A program made the position numbers and the translations under genes. The notes under the pieces were generated by a model. It saw only the letters and a program-made list of their open reading frames with translations, did no database searches and had not been told where the DNA came from. From the IMG/VR virus record IMGVR_UViG_3300021400_001341, positions 44,027 to 108,026 of that record: a stretch of DNA of 64,000 nt; one strand, 5' to 3'. Source of the stretch: a virus (taxonomy: Duplodnaviria; Caudoviricetes). Shown here one piece after another: positions 31,757 to 43,003 of this stretch (position 1 is its first letter; every line of letters starts with the position of its first letter).

Positions 31757-32899
31757 ACGGTTTCACCTCAGTTAGTATTTTCGCTCTTCCATTTTCTTTC
31801 CGCACATAGGACAGAAAGCAAATGTTGGCTTATCAGAAGACCAGTCAAAGTTTCTCGGAGGTTTCCATGCTTTTTCAGCTTTCCTGGGTCTCCATAAAGC
31901 ATCAAAAAAAGCCCCGCATTCGGAGCAGTTCCATCCACAGAATGATGCATTTAACAACAATTTGGCTGGGGTATCCAAACTGATCACCTCTTAAAGAATA
32001 AGGGCAGGAGTCCATCCCTGCCCCGTTGAGATTTTATATTATTCCTTTTCGAGCTTACGGTATTCTTCGTCGAGAATTTCGTTCAGTTCCATCTCGGCGC
32101 TTGCCAAAGCGTCGCCAGCGTTTCTCTGTGCAGTTTTATGATTATCAATCTCATCGAGTAATTCGTGAATCTTTTTGTTGGCTTCCTGAGATTTAATCTC
32201 CATAAACGGCTCCTCCTTGTTGGCTCGGATCATTTCCATTAGATCGTTTTGGTCTTCGTCACCGTAATTATCTTCGTCCTCATAATAGCTCAAGGACATC
32301 TCTCCTTTCATAATCAAAATAGGTAATCAACTATATATGAGAACCGTTGGACGAGGCGGTTGTCATCTCAACAAATTTATCTTTGAATTGATTGATTCTA
32401 AAGAACGGCAACGTTCTGGTAACAGGATTAAACTCTTTTAAAGCTTTTTCAGACCATTCCATATGGAAAAACCTTGGATTCTGGCTTGTGTTTATTCGAT
32501 AATCCTGATCGCCGATAACTCCTATTTTTCCGCATATTGGACAGTATTTTCCAATTGTAAGTTCAGCAGTTTTATAAAAGCCTTTTTCCTTAGAGTAACC
32601 AACAGAGTCTGTTTCATAAACACAGTTTTCCCATTCATGTTTATGGTTCGACTTTTTCGGTGTTTTCTTTTGTGACTTCTTCCGGTATTTCGGTACATCC
32701 TCCATTTTCAGCCTCCAGTAAAGCTTGGAACACATCTGGATCTATGTCTTTCATGGATTTTTGCTGAAACACAATGTTTGTGCATTCAACTCTTAATGTT
32801 GGCTGCATATCATATCCGGTTGACATAGAACACTCAACAACTTTTCCTTTGATTATATTGCCGCTATTATCTGTTATATAAACATCGCACAGATTTCTA

Positions 32900-33268
32900 T
32901 CAAATATCATCTCCGACATCCTCTTCGAAATCTTCGTCGTCGCCTTCGTATGCTTTTACTTCTTGTGATTCTTTGCCGTTAGGCCATTCATTTGCTTTTT
33001 TGATTAACGTCATTATCCTTCTGACCGTTAGAGGAGAAGCTATTACTGTTCCGTTATCAAGAAATACAGCTGATTTTGCTTTGTTGGTTCCAGCTGCGTT
33101 AATCAGCGTGCCGTTCTTTTTTTCTGCGGCTATTGTCTTTCTTGCCTGATAAATTTCAGTAGACATCATTGCCACAATTCGCGTAGCGCATACAGCAACA
33201 TCAAACTGCTTATTATCGCTTCTTCCAACGCTCACCTTCACGAAATTCAGGGGCAGCATATAACCCAT
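32900..33268 (-). CDS. RemA/DUF370-like protein
   Basis: RIVAMMS.E....RKTI...K..G.LINA.G..KAKSAVFLDNG.VIAS matches the RemA pattern. Confidence 0.65.
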   Translation of the reverse strand: MGYMLPLNFVKVSVGRSDNKQFDVAVCATRIVAMMSTEIYQARKTIAAEKKNGTLINAAGTNKAKSAVFLDNGTVIASPLTVRRIMTLIKKANEWPNGKESQEVKAYEGDDEDFEEDVGDDI

Positions 33269-33363
33269 ACGGATACACCTTCCTATAAAAAATGAATCGA
33301 GGGGCGCTTTTGATGCGCCCCTCGGAAACTCCCGTATAGATTATTTTGAGAAAATCTTATTAT

Positions 33364-33708
33364 TTAAAAGTCGACGAACCCATCGTCGGGAAAGAACCCA
33401 ACTTGATCCGCTAACAATCCATCTGCGACAAACCCTTCATATCCTCCAGCTGAATTAAACACTTCATCGTATCCAAGAGGGCCTTCCATTGTAAATCCTG
33501 CATACTGTCCTTCTGAATTAAAGTGATCTTGATCAGCGATTAATCCATCCATCGAAAAACCTACACAATGTCCAGATGAATCAAAGTGATCCTGCACCCC
33601 ATCTAAGACTCCATCCATGCTAAAGCCTACAAGACGGCCGGACTCATCAAAATGATCCGTTACGCCATCAAAGAATCCAGGCATACTAAAATATACACTC
33701 ATGTTCAT
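33364..33708 (-). CDS. Acidic repeat protein (5 x 21-22 aa)
   Basis: FSMDG..D..DHFD.SG..VG repeats; RBS AAGGAG. Confidence 0.7.
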   Translation of the reverse strand: MNMSVYFSMPGFFDGVTDHFDESGRLVGFSMDGVLDGVQDHFDSSGHCVGFSMDGLIADQDHFNSEGQYAGFTMEGPLGYDEVFNSAGGYEGFVADGLLADQVGFFPDDGFVDF

Positions 33709-33740
33709 TTCTCCTTATTAGTTTCAGTCGGGAGTTATAG

Positions 33741-36700
33741 TTAAGCAGTCTTTATTATCATGTATTTTGATACCCAATATTCTTTTTCTCCCGGAATAGG
33801 AATTCGCTGTCCGTCCTTATATGAGAATCTTGGGGACTCTCTTCCTTCGATTATTCTCAAGATCTGATTTGGCTCAAACGGATGTTTTGCAAAATCATCT
33901 TTTCGAATTCGGACATCTCCTGTCTTTCCGGTACGAATAGAATATAACTTAGCCTTGGCTCCATACTTTGTATCGACTTCTCGTACAAAATACAAGCTTT
34001 GTTTCATGTCAGGCTCAGAAGTCAGGCATAGTCCTATGTTATCATGTTCGCATATCAGTCGTTGAGAGATCGGTAGTGGAATATCTTCCTGTGCTTTTTC
34101 GAACTCACGACATGCATTAAGCCTGGCTTCAAATGATTTTACAGTTTTTGTCAGCTTTTTCTCTCCGTTAAAGAATTCTTCATATACATTCATTAGCTTT
34201 CCGGACTGTCCAAAGTCACTGAAATAATCAAGTTCGATCAAGATTTTTAACGTTCTTGTGTCGACCGGCGTATTCATTTGAATAGCCCGCAAAACATCAG
34301 TAAATGTATCATATTTCTTTTGACCGATTTCATATAACGCTCTTGCGTCTGCTTTGGAAATATATCTGATTGATGACAGTGACTGCGATATTGTGCGGTT
34401 TTCTTTATCTGCGGTCCAGTCTCTGTTGTCTTGTCCAAACTTTCCTGGAATCAGTCTTATCTCTTTGTATCTTCTCATTTCAGAAATGATTTGGGCAATT
34501 TTATCTTTGTTTTTCTTTTCATCGTATAGTTTTAATAACGTTATATACAGCTCATATGGATAATGAACCTTCAGCCATGCTGCATACAGACTGTCACAAG
34601 CCATACTAAACGCATGAGCGGCACAGAACATATAGTTGGCAGCATTTTCAATGATTGTCCAGACCTGCTCAACAACCTTGTGAGCCTTTGCTTCGTCTGC
34701 GCCTTCTGTTTGTTTAAGGTAATTCGTAAATCCTTCTTTAAACCTTTCCTTGTACGAAGCTACTTTGTCGGCCTTCTTTTTCTTAATGGCCTTGGTCGCA
34801 GCATAAGCATCAGCCGCAGGAATGCCAGCCGCAATAAGTATTTGAAGAATCTGTTCATCATACAACAAGAATGAATCCGGTATTTCTTTTGTGGCCAACA
34901 GCTTATCAAGTGAGGGTATGTTATACGCAAACCTGTCCCTTGATATGAATGTGTTTAGCATTGACTTAAAACCAGGCCGAATGCCGGCTATGAATGCTGT
35001 CAACTCACATACATTCTTTGGCTTGTACTGCATGACCCTCTGTGTTGACTTTTCCCGTTCGACCTGATTGAGAGCCATCGTATAACCTTTAGCATATAGA
35101 TCCCAGATTTCTGGTTCGTTCTCTGCCGCTTTAAGCAGCTCATCAACGGTCATCACGGGAATACCAACAAGATTAAACGTTTCATAGATTAGTTTTACGA
35201 CATCAACTCTTAGAAAGTCGGCCTTCAAATAGTTGTAGGAATCAGCAGTTTTACCGTCAATGAATGCTGCGTATACCGGTTCTTTCCCGCCGGACTTTGA
35301 TTTGACTCGTATTACTCCGATCTCTTTCCTGATGTCTTTATCCAACAACAAATGAGCGCATGGGTGTGGCACCAGAGTCGTGATAATTCCACGGTACTGT
35401 TTTGATGCTTCTATCAGTTCAAGATACTTTTCATCTATATAGTTCTCGATATGAATATCGTCGTTTACATCGTAATCTGGATCGTCAGCATTGTTTTCAA
35501 TTGCATGCTTTACATCCATTTCATAGTTCTTAATCTGCTTTGATATTTCATTTGAAGTTTCAAAGTCGAGATCTCTGGCTCTTGCCAGAAGCTTGAACGC
35601 TGATAGCGTCTTGACCGTACCGTATGCGATCATCGGCAGGCATCCATATTCTCCAAGAACTTCCTTTCCGGCTTTCTCAAATGCCGGAACGTTCGCCATA
35701 TTCAGATCCAAGTCCGGAAGACCATTGACCAATCTATCCTTTGAAATAAATCTTTCGGGATACATCTTCACAGGGCAATGAAGTCTATTAATCGAACTGA
35801 ATCCAAGCGAGTAATTTGTAGAGAATGAAGCGCCAGATCCTCTGCCAGTCTTTGTTAAAACACCACCGTACTGGATGCCTTTTTCAACTATCTCTTTCAG
35901 AATAAGGAAATAATCTGCGGTACCAGTATCCGTGATCATATCCATTTCCTTATGGATCTCAGCTGCTTCCTGCGGATTTGGCATGCCGGACTTCTGAATG
36001 TATTCATTGCATACTGTTTTCTTAAACAGAAAATTTCTGCGATCCATCGGAAGTTCCGGATGGGAATTTGGTATCTTCTTTTCGTTAGTAAAACTGACTC
36101 CTTCAAACTCTCTGAGAATCAATGTGTTTTCCATTGCTTCCTGTATTCTGGAATTAGAAAACACTCCTTGCTGATGGAACATCTCGACGGCTTCTTCGGC
36201 CGTCGGAAGATACAGAAGAAACTCGTCTTCCTGACCATACGTTATGCCGGATGACAACAACAGCTCTCTTCTTAATTCTTTTTCCTCTTTGTAAACATAG
36301 TGACTGTCTGTGCCATAAATCAGCGGCCATTTGTATTTCTGATACAGCTTCTGAATCTTCTGATTCGTTTCTACCTGAATTTCCTGCGGATGATGCTGAA
36401 TTTCCAGATAAAAACTGTCTCTGAATATCTCATGAAGCTGACAAGCAAGCTGCTCATAAGTTGGATCTTTCATGATTCCACCAACACACGCAGTCGTACA
36501 TATGAAATTATTTCTATTCAGCATTCCCAGAAGTTCAAAGTCAACTCTTGCATGATAATAAAATCCTGTAAGATTTGCTTCTGATAATATTTGATTCAGC
36601 TGATAGAATCCTTCCATATTCTTAGCAATAAGGATCAAGTGAAAGTTTCTGTTGTCCTTCTTTCCATCGATTTCAATCTTTCTGTCTGGAACAAAATAGA

Positions 36701-36929
36701 CTTCTGCTGCAGCCAAAGGTGTCAGCTTGAACGTGTCGTCTGAATACTTCTTTGCCAGTTCAAACTGTTGCCAGACGTTCGAACGGTTTCCATGTTCTGA
36801 AATACACAATATATGGTGTCCACGTTCTTTATAAACCTTGGCATAATCCTCAATGGACATGGTGCTGTCAGGAGCTGTTAATGCGTTACTATAACTTGAG
36901 TGTACATGGTACGGTTCAAACTGTAACAT
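33741..36929 (-). CDS. dnaE: DNA polymerase III alpha subunit (PHP plus Pol-C family)
   Basis: HVHS, GTDSHY, GRGSG, PDLDL, HPCAH, KADFL, YMFCAAHA. Confidence 0.92.
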   Translation of the reverse strand: MLQFEPYHVHSSYSNALTAPDSTMSIEDYAKVYKERGHHILCISEHGNRSNVWQQFELAKKYSDDTFKLTPLAAAEVYFVPDRKIEIDGKKDNRNFHLILIAKNMEGFYQLNQILSEANLTGFYYHARVDFELLGMLNRNNFICTTACVGGIMKDPTYEQLACQLHEIFRDSFYLEIQHHPQEIQVETNQKIQKLYQKYKWPLIYGTDSHYVYKEEKELRRELLLSSGITYGQEDEFLLYLPTAEEAVEMFHQQGVFSNSRIQEAMENTLILREFEGVSFTNEKKIPNSHPELPMDRRNFLFKKTVCNEYIQKSGMPNPQEAAEIHKEMDMITDTGTADYFLILKEIVEKGIQYGGVLTKTGRGSGASFSTNYSLGFSSINRLHCPVKMYPERFISKDRLVNGLPDLDLNMANVPAFEKAGKEVLGEYGCLPMIAYGTVKTLSAFKLLARARDLDFETSNEISKQIKNYEMDVKHAIENNADDPDYDVNDDIHIENYIDEKYLELIEASKQYRGIITTLVPHPCAHLLLDKDIRKEIGVIRVKSKSGGKEPVYAAFIDGKTADSYNYLKADFLRVDVVKLIYETFNLVGIPVMTVDELLKAAENEPEIWDLYAKGYTMALNQVEREKSTQRVMQYKPKNVCELTAFIAGIRPGFKSMLNTFISRDRFAYNIPSLDKLLATKEIPDSFLLYDEQILQILIAAGIPAADAYAATKAIKKKKADKVASYKERFKEGFTNYLKQTEGADEAKAHKVVEQVWTIIENAANYMFCAAHAFSMACDSLYAAWLKVHYPYELYITLLKLYDEKKNKDKIAQIISEMRRYKEIRLIPGKFGQDNRDWTADKENRTISQSLSSIRYISKADARALYEIGQKKYDTFTDVLRAIQMNTPVDTRTLKILIELDYFSDFGQSGKLMNVYEEFFNGEKKLTKTVKSFEARLNACREFEKAQEDIPLPISQRLICEHDNIGLCLTSEPDMKQSLYFVREVDTKYGAKAKLYSIRTGKTGDVRIRKDDFAKHPFEPNQILRIIEGRESPRFSYKDGQRIPIPGEKEYWVSKYMIIKTA

Positions 36930-37548
36930 GGTTTCGTACCATCCTTTTGTTTATGGGTTCAGTGATTGCTCTATCAAGACTCCATCCATTCTGAATTCTT
37001 GAACGCAATGTTAAAGGTGATATTTTATATTTTCGAGCCAAGTCTGTTAAACATAACTGTTCTCCATCTATTGGATCAGTTATTATATGCCAACGAGTTG
37101 TTTCACAGTGTTGCTGAGTTAATGCTCTTTCCAAAGGCATATTGTATTTATCGATTCTTTTTCTAAATGTTTCTTCTGGAATATTGTATTTTCTTGCAAT
37201 TGCGGCTAAACATAGCTGTTCTCCGTCAAATGGATCAATAAAGCATCTATTGTTTCTTCTATTTCTTTGTTGTTCTTCTAACGTTATAAATCGACAATTA
37301 TCAGGATCATAATTTTTATTTGTGTCAATTCTATCTATGCTTAAACCAGGTTCAAATCCATTGCTTAAGCTCCATTCAAAGAAGTTCGAAAACTTTCGCC
37401 ACTCATTGCAAACAGTTATACCACGTCCACCATAATTGGCATAGTTTGGAGAGTTTGGATTTATGCATCTTGTTATCATTGAACCCCATTTACATCTTAA
37501 TATTTTATATTCTTTGGGATACAATTTCTTTAATTTAGAAGCACTCAA
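36916..37548 (-). CDS. HNH-type homing endonuclease-like protein
   Basis: YGGRGI.VC.EW, SIDRID...Y.PDNCR; duplicated C-terminal HTH. Confidence 0.8.
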   Translation of the reverse strand: MSASKLKKLYPKEYKILRCKWGSMITRCINPNSPNYANYGGRGITVCNEWRKFSNFFEWSLSNGFEPGLSIDRIDTNKNYDPDNCRFITLEEQQRNRRNNRCFIDPFDGEQLCLAAIARKYNIPEETFRKRIDKYNMPLERALTQQHCETTRWHIITDPIDGEQLCLTDLARKYKISPLTLRSRIQNGWSLDRAITEPINKRMVRNHVTV

Positions 37549-37817
37549 TCACATCACTCCTTAAGATATTATTAGATTCCTTTACTGACGACAACTCCGT
37601 TGATTACTCTATATTTTCTTGTTTTAGTTACACGTCCATTAGAACTTATGTGAGTTTCGTAAATTGTATTAATTTTATTTTCTTTTGCGAATTGCCGTGC
37701 ATCAGACAGCTTTTCAAACATATGCTTTTCGTTTTCAATATCATATACGGCAAACCATAGACGCCTTATTTTTTCTTTTTTAGGTTTACAGTTTTTCAAA
37801 ATTCTTCTCATCCTCCC

Positions 37818-38609
37818 TTATTTCTTTCCGTTCGGACATTCTCTGCGCACACCGCATATCTCCATGCAATAGAAATCCTGTTTCTTGCATTCAAGCCAGT
37901 CAAGTACTTCATACGTTTCTATTTTATGGATTATGTCTGAAGCCCATCCTATTGCACTTCTAAATTGATCCAGCGTGAACAACCGTTCCATCTTTTTTCC
38001 ACCTTCGTTGAACAGGTGGAACATGCACGAATACGGCCATTCTCCATACTGTTCCTGAACATATGCCGCATATAAAAGCTGTTGCATGTACATTGCATTT
38101 TCTGCCTTCTTAAATGCAGATAACGACTTGGACTTGTGGTCACAAATGATTAGTTCATTACTCCAGTTCTTCCTCAGAATCATATCCACAATGCCTGTAA
38201 ATTTGCGCGTAGACCCGTTTGTAAGTGGAAGATCGATCGTGAACTTCTCCTCGGCTGAGACGACCTTATAACCATCAAATTCGTCGAAATTCGTAAGGAA
38301 ATCAATTCCCTGCTGATATGCTTTTTCTGTATAACCTTTAGCCGCCAGCATACGAGGAAATGCTGTTACGACCTCATTCGAATATCTGCGTTCGTATTCA
38401 TGAACCATATCTTCTTTCGTAAGAATTTTCTTTGCCCACTTATCCAGAAGATCGTGAATTAAAGATCCTCGTTCGGCAAATCCATTTGACACTGTTTCTT
38501 GAACGCTTTCAATACGTTGAAGATAAAATGAGTAAGGGCATTCGTCGAACGAGGACAGCTGAGAATAACTATACACATGTTTTTCGGGTATTAATCCCAA
38601 CGGAATCAC
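37818..38609 (-). CDS. PD-(D/E)xK (Cas4/AddB-like) exonuclease
   Basis: SYSQLSSFDECP, GIVD, ICDHKS, QQLLY, C-terminal C..C...C. Confidence 0.85.
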   Translation of the reverse strand: MIPLGLIPEKHVYSYSQLSSFDECPYSFYLQRIESVQETVSNGFAERGSLIHDLLDKWAKKILTKEDMVHEYERRYSNEVVTAFPRMLAAKGYTEKAYQQGIDFLTNFDEFDGYKVVSAEEKFTIDLPLTNGSTRKFTGIVDMILRKNWSNELIICDHKSKSLSAFKKAENAMYMQQLLYAAYVQEQYGEWPYSCMFHLFNEGGKKMERLFTLDQFRSAIGWASDIIHKIETYEVLDWLECKKQDFYCMEICGVRRECPNGKK

Positions 38610-39059
38610 CTCTGTTCTATCAGGATTTCATCGACATAAAATTCTTTGCCTGCGGCCTCATAGCCGCATTCGTAACATTGCCACAAGTCCTGATCATCTG
38701 GTTCATGCGTTACACAGATACAATCGTCTTTTACTTCTGTGCATAATCCATATTCATCCAGCAACCATTCCTGCACTACATGACCACAGGCAATAAACCT
38801 TTTTCCTTTACACTTCGGACATATTCTCATTTTCTATTCTCCGATGATGTCTCTTGCTCTATCCAATGACGCAGCCACAGTATAGATAAACGAATCAACA
38901 ATCCTATCATTTTCGTCAACTTCACCAATGACTGTTGTGCACTCATGGTTGTTGTTTTGTGAATCCAGCCATTGTTCTGCCTGAGCGATTGTCGGAAATC
39001 TGTCCGATATTCTCCCAGATGGCATAATCAATATTGCTATATATTTCATCATATACTCC

Positions 39060-40910
39060 TTAGAAAGGTTGTTTGTTTTCGTCGACGCCATTCTGAATTT
39101 TAAACTCATCAAGCGTGCAGGCAGGATTCTCAGGAAGAGGAATGTCCGTATGATCCCAACCATACACAACACGATCACCAGTAGAAGACTGATAAATACG
39201 ACGATTGCAAGGATCGTAACTGCAATGGATGAATCCAGTAATTCCGAAGGAACGATTCTTAGTAACCCTAATTCCTTTAGGAGACTTTTCAACATTAATA
39301 ACCACATCAGCCAGATTTGTAATTGCACTCGAACCAGACACAGAATCGTTTGAGAACACAGAATCGGCTTTCTCCTTTCTGGGATGAGCGACGAGGATCA
39401 CATGAGCCTTATATTTACTTGCGAACGCTTTGAGCTGCGCGGTGAACTTAGCCTGCGCCTTATTTTCTTCGTCAGCAGAAGTAAGTGCAGCCATAAGATT
39501 GTCAACTAAGAAAAGCTTACAACCATAACGACGAGCACACGCTTCAAACACCTTCAGAATAGATTCAGTCTGGCTTGTTTCCTGCACGACTGTATTGTCA
39601 TACAGGAAGAACTTTCCGGACAGCCACTGTTTGATCCTCTGCTGAATCACAGGAGATACAAAGCAGATGTTCTTTCCAGATCTGGTATCCATCTTATAAG
39701 AGATGTACTTGCTCTCAGTAGCCTGAAGCATAATCCACTCAAGGAATTTGTAAGCAGGCAATTCGCCGGAATAGGCACATACGCTATGACCCTGCTGTAT
39801 AGCCTGAAGCATCAGAGGGCCGGCAAGGGTTGATTTACCCTCTCCGCGCTTTCCTGAAAATACACTTACACCGCCTTCTTCGAGGCCACCAATCATATGA
39901 TCAAGCTCAGGAATCTTGGTCATGATCCGCGGAATGCTGGCAGGATCGACAAACGGGATAGAGGCCAGGTCAAGAATTCCTTTGATAGGAGCAGGTTCAC
40001 AACCGTCTACCATCTGCTTCAGAGTTTCCGGACCATAGGCGAACAGAATTTCATTTGCGTCTTTGCAAGCTCTGTTATAATCCTTTCCTTCATAGATCAA
40101 TTCGGGATATTCTTTGGGAACCATGCACCGATCTTCACCCAGACGTTTCATCAGCGTGGAAACCATATCCATACCAGGCTCGTCGTTGTCTCCAAACAGA
40201 ATAATCTGGTTAAAGTTTTCCAGCCACTCCCAGTTGTTGTTAATCCAGTCAAGATTGTTGCACCCGGAAGGAACAGAAACCGCATTTGTGCATCCTGCTT
40301 CATACAGAGACAGGCAATCAATTTCTCCTTCGCAAATAACCAGAGGCATGTTGAAAGAAACCATATTCATTCCGAACAGAATGGGCATAGTGTTGGCCAT
40401 CTGCCATTCTTTTGGGCCGTCTTCTTTCTTATGCTTCTTGGGCTTGCGATATTTAACATAAGTCAGAACATCTTTATCATCATAAAACGGGAATACAATA
40501 TTTCCATCCTTATCAGCCGCAATGTGAAAGTCTTTCAGCGTCTGTTCTGAAATACGTCTTCCAGCAAAATAAGTTATAATCTCATCCGTAATCTCTTTGA
40601 GATCATCCGGGTTTGGTTTAACAAAAGTTTTCTTTGTCTGAACCATTACTTTTCCAAGACCGCGCACATCAGACGCGTCTTCGCCAAAGTAGTCAGCCAG
40701 TTCTTTGAAGGATCCTTTTTTCTTAGAGCATTTTCCCCTTAGGCAGTTCCATGCGCCATTATGCAGACCGATAGCAAATGTGTCATAATCTCCATTCTGT
40801 CCGCCTTTGCAGAACGGGCAGTATTCAACTTTAACCTGGCCATTCTTTATTCTGAAGTTGCCTAAATGTTTTTCCGCCAGACTCATGACGGCAGCAGCAA
40901 TAGCATCCAT
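39060..40910 (-). CDS. T7 gp4/Twinkle-like primase-helicase
   Basis: CPFC Zn finger, CEGEID and GDNDEPG TOPRIM, GKRGEGKST Walker A, VDNL, VAHPRK. Confidence 0.92.
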   Translation of the reverse strand: MDAIAAAVMSLAEKHLGNFRIKNGQVKVEYCPFCKGGQNGDYDTFAIGLHNGAWNCLRGKCSKKKGSFKELADYFGEDASDVRGLGKVMVQTKKTFVKPNPDDLKEITDEIITYFAGRRISEQTLKDFHIAADKDGNIVFPFYDDKDVLTYVKYRKPKKHKKEDGPKEWQMANTMPILFGMNMVSFNMPLVICEGEIDCLSLYEAGCTNAVSVPSGCNNLDWINNNWEWLENFNQIILFGDNDEPGMDMVSTLMKRLGEDRCMVPKEYPELIYEGKDYNRACKDANEILFAYGPETLKQMVDGCEPAPIKGILDLASIPFVDPASIPRIMTKIPELDHMIGGLEEGGVSVFSGKRGEGKSTLAGPLMLQAIQQGHSVCAYSGELPAYKFLEWIMLQATESKYISYKMDTRSGKNICFVSPVIQQRIKQWLSGKFFLYDNTVVQETSQTESILKVFEACARRYGCKLFLVDNLMAALTSADEENKAQAKFTAQLKAFASKYKAHVILVAHPRKEKADSVFSNDSVSGSSAITNLADVVINVEKSPKGIRVTKNRSFGITGFIHCSYDPCNRRIYQSSTGDRVVYGWDHTDIPLPENPACTLDEFKIQNGVDENKQPF

Positions 40911-40930
40911 TTTATTATTTCCTTTCATTT

Positions 40931-41148
40931 GTGAGTTGTTATCTCAATTTAATTGTGCTGTGATTTGGATCTGAAGCATGTCCCGAGACTGTGTTTCGGG
41001 CATGTCTTCAGATTGAAATCTCAGAATAATTAAATTTAATTAACCGACTGCGTGCGCAAGTATACGCACGCAGTCAGCAAGAAGGAACAATGTTAATCTG
41101 TCGATGAAACCAAGCAGAGTTCTTTCGAACAAGACATAACAAACTCAC
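40931..41148 (-). ncRNA. Retron msr-msd-like ncRNA #1
   Basis: Terminal IR 40931-40942/41136-41148; candidate branch G 41135 opposite G 40943; triloop hairpin 41097-41118; long hairpin 40946-41036. Confidence 0.8.
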
Positions 41149-41187
41149 TTAGTTTTAGTAAGATATGTATAGTTTTATAAATATATT

Positions 41188-41373
41188 ATCTGCTATCTAA
41201 ACAATTTATGATCGTTTGCCTTAGGTCATAAATTGTTTTGAAGAGCAACGTGCGAGCCAGTTCCGCCTCCCTGGTGCAACCAGTGGAGGCGGAGACGGGC
41301 TTCGCTACGTTGCTATGTTAAGACTTTGTAGTTCTGTTGATTACACCAAGCAGGAAATTTGCTCATAGCAGAT
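41188..41373 (-). ncRNA. Retron msr-msd-like ncRNA #2
   Basis: 9-bp IR 41188-41196/41365-41373; G 41364 opposite G 41197; triloop hairpin 41334-41353; hairpins 41199-41238 and 41244-41314. Confidence 0.8.
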
Positions 41374-41756
41374 TAGAAGACTAACGTATCAGAGTCTTCA
41401 TTTGATTCGCCCCTTTGGGCGGTCTTTACACGATTTACAGGTTCAACAGAGGAAGCCTTGATGTTCAAAGACTGCCCGGCAGCACCCGTCTTTTTGTTCG
41501 TATAGGGCTGAGCGATCAGCTCGCCGGTTGCCCAAATCTGAGTGCCTTTCTGAAGCTTCGGGAACAGATATTCGGCAGGCTTGCCCCAGATAGAAACATT
41601 ATAGAAGTTGGGTTCGTAACCATCTTCACCATTCTGTTTCTTCAAAGTTGTAGAAACGGCAATAGAGAACGACACCACAGTATTATTGTTAACAGTGTTC
41701 TTTTCGGGTTCCTTAATCAGATTTCCCAGTACGGTAATTTTCGCATTGTTTGGCAT
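41373..41756 (-). CDS. ssb: Single-stranded DNA-binding protein
   Basis: ITVLGNL..EPE, FSIAV, FYNVSIWG, KGTQI; acidic tail. Confidence 0.9.
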   Translation of the reverse strand: MPNNAKITVLGNLIKEPEKNTVNNNTVVSFSIAVSTTLKKQNGEDGYEPNFYNVSIWGKPAEYLFPKLQKGTQIWATGELIAQPYTNKKTGAAGQSLNIKASSVEPVNRVKTAQRGESNEDSDTLVF

Positions 41757-41776
41757 AATATTTTACCTTCCTTTTC

Positions 41777-42514
41777 TTATCCTGCTTTGTCCAGTTTTAC
41801 AAGCGCCTCCAGAAGCGCATTAAGCTTTACCGGATCATCAGCCTTTAAATAGTTTGCCTGACCGATATGTTTGATAATGACGTCATTAGCGAATTTACGC
41901 TTTTCCTCAGGTTCCATGCTTGCGGTCAGTTTTCTTACATGGGCGTCAACCTTCTTGATCACATCCTGAATAGATTCAGTCGGGGCCGGAATGTTTGTTG
42001 ATGCCGGCTGTGAATCTCCAGACATTGTATATTTCGTCCTATCTGAAGCGAAATAAATGTCATGAGAGAAACCAAGCGACTTACATGCGATAGACAAAGC
42101 ATCGGTATAAGCCATCTTATATGCTTCATCGTTGCAGTACTTTCCGCTTTTCTGAGACACAAGAAACTTATTGCCACCAATACCAGTGATTGGCTTCGAC
42201 TGTTCTTTTGTTGCAGGGTCAACTACAACAAGTTCCAGTGTACAGAATGCAGCAATTTCACCAGTCGCTTCACACGTCTCAAACACGAACTTTTCATTCT
42301 GTGTCCACCATCCGAACCCAGCAGGCCCAAAGATCTCTGTAAGCTTCTTAATTCGCCACATCGGATTAATATCCGTTCCGGAGAAGCGACCATTATTGAA
42401 TGCTTTCTGCGCTTCTTGTGGCGTGTCCTGAACCTCGCCATAGAATCTCATGTTCTGATCAAGTTTCGGATTGTTCGGCTTTTCCGCTTGTTCAGTTTTT
42501 GTTCTTGGTGCCAT
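41777..42514 (-). CDS. Sak/Rad52-like single-strand annealing protein
   Basis: TDINPMWRI..LTEIFGPAGFGW; EAYKMAYTDALS.AC..LG. Confidence 0.7.
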   Translation of the reverse strand: MAPRTKTEQAEKPNNPKLDQNMRFYGEVQDTPQEAQKAFNNGRFSGTDINPMWRIKKLTEIFGPAGFGWWTQNEKFVFETCEATGEIAAFCTLELVVVDPATKEQSKPITGIGGNKFLVSQKSGKYCNDEAYKMAYTDALSIACKSLGFSHDIYFASDRTKYTMSGDSQPASTNIPAPTESIQDVIKKVDAHVRKLTASMEPEEKRKFANDVIIKHIGQANYLKADDPVKLNALLEALVKLDKAG

Positions 42515-43003
42515 TCTTCTTTTTTCCTTTCAGTTTAGTTTTATTCAAAACCGGAGGTTGATACATCTTTGGTTTAACGCTTGAGCTGAAATTCTGGAGC
42601 ATATTCGGCTCATGCGAAAACAGGTACGGTATCGTTTTCCTCTCGGGTTTGTCGGGATTAATTCTTTTAAATTCTCGTTTTCTGTTGAAATCCCACATCA
42701 AGTCTTCAATTGGAACCTTGTGAACATAGATCAGATTTCCAGTAGGATCACCGTATGCATTGCACTCATACCAACATACGGCTCCTTCTGGATGGTAGTG
42801 TTTTCCTTTAAAACCGTCCTGTGTCTGATAAACAGACATGTAATTTACAAGGTCCTGATGTTTTTTAGGATCTGTCACAAGAACCTTTGGAATGTTTGAT
42901 GTCGGTATGCCGCCATAGTATTTAACAATTCTTAATCCTGTTCTATTTGGGGATGTGAGCCAGGATTTGCATAAGACATATGAGGGCCAGAACGATCCCT
43001 TTA

